Below, piece after piece: positions 56,384-64,000 of a stretch of DNA of 64,000 nt. Under the pieces are notes generated by a model that was not told the origin of the DNA, searched no databases, and saw nothing but the letters and a program-made list of their open reading frames with translations. Both the position numbers and the translations under genes were made by a program. The stretch lies in contig CM022665.1 of the NCBI GenBank assembly GCA_012295275.1, positions 37,262,001-37,326,000 of the forward strand. Direction: 5' to 3'. The stretch's first letter is position 1. Each line of letters starts with the position of its first letter. The stretch is from Chrysomallon squamiferum (taxonomy: Eukaryota; Animalia; Mollusca).

Positions 56384-58499
56384 CTAAAAAGAAAATAATA
56401 GTAATAACATAATTAAAACTAAAATGCTAAAGCTCTATTATTAAACGAAAAAATGTATAGGTAATGGGAATACATCATACTGTGGATAAATTTAGTTGTA
56501 TTAAATGGAAGAGATATATATATATATGTTTTTTTCTAAACTGCAATAAGGGAAGCTAAATTTCTTTATTTCATCCATTTATATAGTACTTTTAAATTAT
56601 CTTTTACAATAAAACAAAACAAATTTTAATATAAAGAGTTGAATTTGGTAATATTAAAGCAGTCTAATGTTAATATTAACCATCACTGGTTTTAAATAAA
56701 AGTCAAGATAATTATATCAATCTACTTATTTATTAATATGATATATAAAAAGTTGAATTTCTGTTAGATTCAAACTCTGTAGATGTGATGTAAACAATTA
56801 TCAGTTGTAAATAAAGATAAAAATATATTATTTATTCATGTGGGAGTATTATAATAACTGTTTTACCTCAAACGATTTTCTTCTTCATCACGATCTCTGT
56901 CTGGCAGAAAACTTGTGTCAACTTCAGGATTCATCCCTTTGGAATAAAGAATAATAATAACAATACTAATCAACTTACAAGTTTTAAAAAAAATCAGTAA
57001 TAAAAAAAATTAAAAATCCTCCATGCACAAAAAGAATATAATGTAAACTTTATTATTTTTTTTAAATAAATAATATATAAAGAAAGAAAAATTAAACACA
57101 AATAAATACTTTTTCAGTGTTACATATCTCTATACACATTCACACATATACACATAAAAAAAAATCTTTTTGGATTTAAAAAAGATACAGCAAATTATTT
57201 GTTCATGCATATATTATTATTAATATATTTTTTTTAAATTAATATGTACCAAATCGTTTCTTCTTTTTCTTTTCACTGTTGATTATCTCGTCTATCCAGT
57301 CCTGATCTTCCTCACTGGAATGTGTCTCTTTCTCCTCGGATTTACATTCCTTCTTTTCTTCATTTTCTTCTTTTATTTTTGTCTCTTCCTTTTCTATTTT
57401 TACCTCTTCTTCTTCTTTTTCTTCAACATTCTCATCATCTTCTAAGTCAAATGACAGCATTGTAATCTAAAACAGAATCACTAAATTGAGCAAAATAACT
57501 TGCCTCTTATTAAATCAAAACTGAACTAAACACGTTCTTTTTACATAAAAAGACCAGTGTAAAAAACCCATTAATATCATTTAGTTTTCTCTTTACTATG
57601 CTTTACATCCTTTACATTTTGCATCAGTGAAAAGTTTAGACAATGTAATTTAAACATATAAACTGAAACTGGCTTACAAATAATTGAAATATAAAGTTAA
57701 AATTTATAACATTATAAATGATATGGCTGATATGAAAACAATGACAAACTTTTCTCTGTTCCTTTCGTTTTTTGTCTTCTTTCTGTTTCTCCATTAATCG
57801 AGCTTCAGCATTTTTCTTTGCTAGTTGCCTCTCTCTCTCCTTTATCACACTTTCCTGCTTGGCTCTCATTTCAGTCAGGGTAACCAAACCTACACAAATA
57901 CAAATTTATAGTCATTAATGACATATTCTGAGAATTCATGGACTCTGTAGTGTTGCTCATTTTCAGTCCACTTCACTTTCCTTCTGACGTTTCACTGGTA
58001 TATGAAGAACCAAATACTGTTTATAAAAGCTCCCTTCTGGTGATCACTCAACATATCCCTTTGCATGGTAGCAGGATATTTTATCCTCACTTTCTTAGTT
58101 TGGTACCGAACACATAGAAGTGACATATAACTGTAATATCTTAAAGGTTATTATATAATAACTTTATCATGTACAGACAGATGTGTGTTTAATAGGACCT
58201 GGTGTAAAAAGATACACGTGATGTCACAGAAAGTATCAGTCACAATTGGCATGTTAAACCGATTTCATTTATTACAGCAAAATACGTGGTTTTCAAGAAT
58301 ATCTACCAATGGTGTTGGATTTCAGAGTCTGTTCAACTGCATCATAATGTGCAGCAAATTTGTTGTTGATGGCTCCTATTTTCAATTCTTCTTCAATCTT
58401 TTTCTTTTTTGCTTCTATTTCTTCTTGTTCCTTCTGTCTTTTCTTTATTAAGTTGATTGCTCTGCCTGCTTCTGAAGCAGCTCCTTTGTAGGTAGCCAT
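55873..58499 (-). CDS. FAM50A: FAM50/XAP5 family spliceosome-associated nuclear protein, 376 aa, 5 coding exons
   Basis: Exons 58499-58307, 57889-57750, 57466-57250, 56936-56867, 56383-55873 (1131 nt), GT-AG and phase-consistent; motifs [68 protein letters not shown]. Confidence 0.97.
56867..56936 (-). CDS. FAM50A: FAM50 coding exon 4
   Basis: [23 protein letters not shown]|gtaaaa; not in ORF track. Confidence 0.93.
57250..57466 (-). CDS. FAM50A: FAM50 coding exon 3
   Basis: [12 protein letters not shown]...KKKKRF g|gtacat. Confidence 0.92.
57750..57889 (-). CDS. FAM50A: FAM50 coding exon 2
   Basis: [13 protein letters not shown]...KEQRK|gtttgt. Confidence 0.93.
58307..58499 (-). CDS. FAM50A: FAM50 coding exon 1
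   Basis: [14 protein letters not shown]...LKSNTI g|gtagat; an acceptor AG lies 3 nt upstream of the ATG, implying an upstream non-coding exon. Confidence 0.95.
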
Positions 58500-58616
58500 T
58501 TTCTAAATTAAAAACAGAAAACTTAAATGTAAAGCTTATCATGGAATTAAGTTATCTATAAAACAAAAGAAAACCAAAAAATATATATATATTTAAATGT
58601 ATTATGTTTCAGGATT

Positions 58617-58649
<33 letters not shown>

Positions 58650-59116
58650 AAAGAAAAAGAAAAAGGAAATGTTTAATAACTGAAATACATACATACATTA
58701 TATATATTTTTTGGTAAAAAGACCAATCATTCCAAAACTTTTAGAAGATCTGATTCTGAACTTTTTATTATTTTTATTTTATTTTATTGTTAACATGTTA
58801 TTATTGCTATTACTATTAGCCTATTTGATGATCAAAACACTTTCTATAATTGGGTGTAACTGGTAAAAGAATTTAGTGCATAACATCTTTCATGCATGCG
58901 TCTGTTTGTATTTGCGTGTATGTGTGTGTATCTGCGTGTTTGGGCGAACAAATATGTAAAAGTCAAAATCATAATTTGATGATGAGCCTGACAATAGACC
59001 AAGGAAACTCTAATGTAACTTAAGTCATTGATGATTACCATGAAGATAATGGATCGCCAGATTTAATAAATATTAATGAATATTTATATACTAATAAATA
59101 AAATAAAGAATCTTAC

Positions 59117-59621
59117 CACTAATAACTTAGAAAATATATGCTACGCAGAAATAAATTCGGCAGGAAAACTCGCTTATTCAGACCAGTCTCTTTCACACCA
59201 AGACTTGTTGAAATGTCTCGAAATGCCGAAATGTAATGACAATATCATCATTATCATGCTTGAGAAAATAGCAATTACAGCTGAACATATTATGTGTAAA
59301 TAATTAAAACATGTTTTAAATTACATTTATAGTTTTAATTTTTACCATAATTGATCTCAGATAGGTCAGTTACTGTGGATTATTTATTCATAAATAATAA
59401 TAAGATCGTATGTATCCTTTTAGGAATTATATACTTTTAGAAATATGTCCACTTAATTATGTAATTTTGATCTTGTGATTTGATGTTAAATTAGTGCCAA
59501 ATGTTATGCTAGTTACTTATCTACATAAAATACTGATAAGTGAGGCCGGTTCATAAATTGTTCAATTTGCGCCACTTTGCAATGTTTGGTACGACCTGAT
59601 GGTTAGCATCATAGATACAAA
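59117..59621. promoter_or_regulatory. Probable bidirectional promoter for FAM50 and NOXRED1, including a candidate FAM50 non-coding exon 1 (minus-strand donor G|GTAAGA at 59117/59116)
   Basis: Head-to-head genes with ATGs about 1.1 kb apart; visibly more CpGs than in the PACS introns; FAM50 ATG exon has an acceptor that needs an upstream donor. Confidence 0.6.
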
Positions 59622-59824
59622 ATGTCTGCTAATATGTTGTCACGGTTGAAATCGAAACCAGAAGAGATCCCAGACATTACATTACATCTTCCAAGTCTGC
59701 AGTTTGACAGTGCACTGACTCCAGAGCAGAAAGAGCTGTTATATCTTAGAGGACGGTCGCATGCTATTGTTGTAACACTCTGTGCACAGGCTACATTTTT
59801 TGTTGATGTTTATAGTGAAGCGAA
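59622..59824 (+). CDS. NOXRED1: NOXRED1-like exon 1
   Basis: aaaATG..., MSANMLSRLK...DVYSEA aa|gtaatt. Confidence 0.85.
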
Positions 59825-61053
59825 GTAATTACTTTACACCAATTCACTTGAAGTTTAACAAAACGTGTTTATTTATTTCTTTAATATATATATTGTACAT
59901 TATTATGTTTCAGTCTTTTCAAATTTAAATTATAACATTTTAATTGATATGTTATTGTTACCACAATAAGTCAGTAAAACATTTCAAATAGTTTTGTTCT
60001 TAATGCATATGATCTTAACTAATTGTATAATTTGTATAATCTTTGGTAATTTATTACAGACAGTTGGCCTTGCAGTTAAAAAGTAAAATCAAAAGAAAAG
60101 CAAGGATATTAAAAGACTTCTGTGCTAAAGAACCTTTGTTCATTGGTGTAATTGGCTGTGGGAGAATTGGGAGCCAAATCGCACAGAGTCTTCTGACATT
60201 TGGTCGTATCCATCCAAATGAGATTTTTATTTCAACACGACGGCCAGAAACATTAGGTATACATATAATGCTGTACTGACTTGTACAGATTATTTTATAT
60301 TTCATGATCTTTATTTACAAGGATAATGTTTTGTTGTGTCTTTGTTGTTTAATAATTGTTAGGTTATTTTTTGTTTTGAATTTTATGGATTTTTTTTTTT
60401 CATATTGTTATTATTATTTAAATAACTATCAGTAATATCATTAGACACAATCATTATAAGTTTAATTTAATATGCTTTTCTTATTAATGAACATAACCAT
60501 TTAGAGTTAGTTACAGTACTGACTTGTTAAAATGAAATCCTAAATTGAATAAAAAATAAAAATAAAAAAAGAGCTTTTTATTAGATTTTTGTACAAATTT
60601 TAATTATTTACTTTTACCTTTTAAACTAACAGAACTATTCCACAAGCAAGGTGTAGAATGCTACTTCAATAATGTCAAACTTGCCTCATCAGTCGATATT
60701 CTTTTCCTTTGTGTACTGCCATCCCAAATGGCTCAAGTTGCTGAAGAAATTAAAGATCATATAAGAAAAGGCTGCATAGTGTACTGTCCAGTAAGCAGTC
60801 TTCCTTCAAGGAAACTCCAGCAGTTACTTGACACCACAGACATCCTTCATCCTGATTACTATTTTGATAATGAATGTACAAGCAGAGATTATAACTTTGA
60901 ACAGAAAATTAGCAGTGCCTTAGAGAACAGAGACATTGTGGAACAAACCAATCCATTTACGAATAAATCAGAAGGTATAAAACAATTTTAATCTGAAAAT
61001 TAATTAGTCACACTGATGCACATATATATATATATATATACATATATATACAT

Positions 61054-61094
<41 letters not shown>

Positions 61095-61921
61095 GTGGTT
61101 GATGAACATTTATTATTTAATTTGTAACATACCGTATATCTAACATGTTTAAAAAAGAAAAATCTATCCACATTAAAATATAAAGTAAGAATAAGATAGA
61201 AAATGTCGCCATCCATGTATCCTTGTGAGCTTATTGTTTTTATTGGCATTCTTTATTAGCATAGATACAAAAATATTTTATTCTTTCTGCTATATTATAA
61301 TTATTATTATTATTATTTTTTTTGTATTAATATTTTTTCCTTCAGATTTTGTCATTAAACCATCAAAACACTTTGGTGATGCTGTTGTCCACTGTTTGGT
61401 AAACATGTGTACAGACAATGCATTCACTATTGAGGACACTTTGGACATTTTACACTGGGCCATGTTTTGTGAGACTGAAAAGGAAAAAGTCAAAGACAGA
61501 CTGAAGATGGAAGATTTTTTCTGTGGCAAAACACTGGATGAGGAGTGAGTGTTCAGTGTAATTCTGTTTGTAGCACTGATGTAAAAATAAAATAATAGTA
61601 AAATCAAAAATAACAAAATAAATTTATAATAATTTAAACAAAAATGAAAATTTATTGAAACTGGGAGATAGATCCGTATCCATAATGCATTCTTTTAACA
61701 TTTTTTATTCATGTAGATTATACATTTAAAGTATTGAAATTATCTAACATCTGTTCTGTTTATATATTAAAATAATAAAATAGGTGGTTTCTTTCACAAA
61801 TTGTTGTTTAATATAAGCTTCTGTTGAATAGTCTTACAGATGTTATATCTAGTACAAACTGATTTCCTTTGTCAAATATTTTAAGACATAAACGTTGTTG
61901 TGATGATTATTCAATCATATT

Positions 61922-61956
<35 letters not shown>

Positions 61957-62308
61957 ATTACTCTATTTGAAAATGCAAACTTAATAATTAGGTAAATTTG
62001 GTGGGTTTTTTCTTCCTTGGCAAATTATTACTTATAATAGGAGAATCAGAAATCAGTTATCAAGACATACCAAATATATTAAGAAATGTATTTTTATTAA
62101 CAATACAGATTTCTTTTTTTTTTTTTAATTTTTTAATGTGTTTTCTTCCAGGCGATTTCCCAGATTTAACTTGATTGAAGTTCAAGAGAAAGGTTCCACT
62201 TTGTCTGCAAGAATAAAAAACAGTCCAGAATTAGAGCAGTCTTTTTCAAAGCGATACTGGGAGGTGTTTGATGAGTTTATTCATTTGAATACTTATGGCC
62301 ACGTTTAA
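59622..62308 (+). CDS. NOXRED1: NADP-dependent oxidoreductase domain-containing protein 1-like (P5C reductase-like Rossmann fold), 365 aa, 5 exons
   Basis: Exons 59622-59824, 60060-60256, 60633-60974, 61346-61544, 62152-62308 (1098 nt), phase-consistent; IGVIGCGRIG (GxGxxG), ISTRRPETL, DILFLCVLPSQ, N-terminal SLQF..LLYLRGRS. Confidence 0.88.
60060..60256 (+). CDS. NOXRED1: NOXRED1-like exon 2
   Basis: QLALQLK...IGVIGCGRIG...STRRPETL g|gtatac. Confidence 0.92.
60633..60974 (+). CDS. NOXRED1: NOXRED1-like exon 3
   Basis: ELFHKQGVECYFNN...FLCVLPSQMAQV...NKSE g|gtataa. Confidence 0.9.
61022..61092. repeat. Compound (TA)n/(CA)n microsatellite
   Basis: Seen directly. Confidence 0.85.
61346..61544 (+). 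CDS. NOXRED1: NOXRED1-like exon 4
   Basis: DFVIKPSKHFGD...GKTLDE ga|gtgagt. Confidence 0.87.
62152..62308 (+). CDS. NOXRED1: NOXRED1-like exon 5
   Basis: ttccag|RFPRFNLIEVQEK...HLNTYGHV-TAA. Confidence 0.85.
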
Positions 62309-62589
62309 TTAAATATATACTCATTCAAGACTTGATTAAATATGTATTTCATTAATGAATATGTGAAAATGGCCAGATATTTGCTATTTCCAGAATGTAT
62401 AAAAATAAAATGTCAAAAAGATTATGCTACGATCTGTGATAACTTTTTTATGCAAAAATGTAATAATGTGGTTATAGTTTGTTTTTGTTTTGTTTTTTTC
62501 AGTGTGATGTTATTAAAATATTTTTTTTTAAATATTAACAGATGTTTGTTATTGATGTAAAATAAGGAAAAGTTAAATGTTCATAAATG

Positions 62590-62770
62590 TGATCAGTGGA
62601 TGCTTGTGTTACTGTTAGGTATGATCTTTTATTGGGGAAAAAAATCATCAATTCTTAATGCGCACATCTGGTAATTCCCCATTCCAGCAAGTGTCGTTTA
62701 ATTGCTTATATGTGCTTTCCTGTCTGTAGTATGTGGACAAAAAAATATCGTTTGCTGTTAACTGACAAGC
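62590..62770 (+). mobile_element. Degraded SINE-like remnant
   Basis: ccccattccagcaagtg...atatgtgctttcctgtctgt...aaaatatc resembles 4245-4350 (cccattctagccagag...gtatgcatttc...ataaaagatcc). Confidence 0.35.
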
Positions 62771-63151
62771 AAAAACACAAAATGTGCATTATCACATCAT
62801 CTAACTCTAAGTAAGAATGTGAAAAAATGGTAATTAAATTATGTCTTGTCTGGCAACTGCAACAAATTGATCTCTGTTCTCTTCTTCAAAACATTAGCTA
62901 TTTTGAGTATTTAAGTTTTAAAATATATCTAGTACATATATTCAGCTAACACGTCCATTTAGCCCGAAGGTGCCAGATAAATGTACTAGATGAACACAGC
63001 ACATATGTAATAAAACCATATTTTGTTTATAAACGACTCATGCGGAGTTACCGTTATTGATGAGCAAGGTGAAGGTCAGAAATAACCGACATCATTCGTT
63101 ATTTGACATTTTCTATGGGAACCAGTCTACCAGGAAATATCAACGTACATA

Positions 63152-63261
63152 ATGACAGACGAAATATCAATACTGTTAACATCTTTCGCTGTTTATTCAA
63201 ATTTATTTGCAATAATTACTGTTGTTTTAACATTTATAGTAATGACAGTATGTATTATAAG
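63152..63261 (+). CDS. CGRRF1: CGRRF1-like (cell growth regulator with RING finger domain 1) exon 1, N-terminal membrane anchor
   Basis: MTDEISILLTSFAVYSNLFAIITVVLTFIVMTVCII ag|gtatgg; resembles the recalled vertebrate CGRRF1 N-terminus (YSPLFYIAVVFTCFIV). Confidence 0.75.
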
Positions 63262-63537
63262 GTATGGAATATAAATACCTTTAAAGCCTTGATCCATATC
63301 AATTATAATCAGTGATGATAGACTACCTGTTAGAGCCAAATTTATGTAATCTTACACTTGCAGTACTTGGTAATCTAGTAGAAACTGCATATATACTACT
63401 CTGAGGATTGTGGTTGATTTCTTTTCTTATTATTTTATTTTATTTTGTTTATGAACACCAAGAGAAATACATCATCATTACTGCTACAATTACCACACTA
63501 TTAACGAATAAACAGATTTACCTTTTCTATATTTCAG

Positions 63538-63671
63538 GTTAAATAACGGTATTCATTTTCCTAGAAGGGGAGGCAACATTACACAGAATGCTGCAGTGGA
63601 AAAACCCATTGTTTGTCAGTCAAATCCATTTAGCATTAAACTCAGTGAGGTGTTACAGACAAGTTTGAAAG
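63538..63671 (+). CDS. CGRRF1: CGRRF1-like exon 2 (gene continues beyond the window)
   Basis: tttcag|(R)LNNGIHFPRRGGNITQNAAVEKPIVCQSNPFSIKLSEVLQTSLK g|gtgaag; phase matches exon 1; NPF motif as in CGRRF1 (KNPFGLEI). Confidence 0.72.
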
Positions 63672-64000
63672 GTGAAGAAAATAATTATATATGAGAGACG
63701 CTAAATTAAAGGAACTGACTGTAGCTCCTTGATAGGTTTTTGCTTGACTCATTATAAATTACAGAATCAGTCTTCTTCAGTATACTTGAAAGATTATTTT
63801 GTAGACTTTATTATTGTTTTTTAAAGCACATGCAGGGAAGCAGCATATGAAACAAAATTCTTTCTAATTATTAATATCAGTGTTACAGAAAAAACAGATC
63901 AATTTTACTATTAATATTTATTGAAATTATGTTAAATATTTAAAAAATATATATTTATCAAGAGTTACAACTGTAGATTTATTTTCGGTTACTTTATATT

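Noticed and set aside
63103-63315. 70-aa ORF from the track
   Set aside because: An overlapping frame starting at 63152 gives the phase-compatible CGRRF1-like exon

Overview
AT-rich, intron-rich animal genomic DNA, probably from an invertebrate; the repeats look mollusc-like to me, which is an inference. Four protein-coding genes were reconstructed by hand from splice sites and reading phase. (1) A PACS1/PACS2-family gene on +, with 20 coding exons from 4694 to the stop at 47054 (796 codons in the window; its 5' exons lie upstream). (2) FAM50/XAP5 on -, 5 coding exons, 58499-55873, 376 aa. (3) NOXRED1-like on +, 5 exons, 59622-62308, 365 aa, head-to-head with FAM50. (4) The first two exons of a CGRRF1-like gene on + (63152 onward), which the ORF track misses. 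Most other ORFs in the track are low-complexity artefacts. Notable non-coding points: the last PACS intron needs a GC donor; a 26-copy 60-bp intronic minisatellite has a near-palindromic unit and binary variants; several in-frame candidate alternative exons or starts lie in the PACS middle region; there is a hAT-type MITE with TIRs and an 8-bp TSD; a duplicated exon end has decayed at its CpGs; and there are many degenerate tandem duplications and SINE-like remnants. I found no convincing wholly new system; the findings are testable hypotheses.
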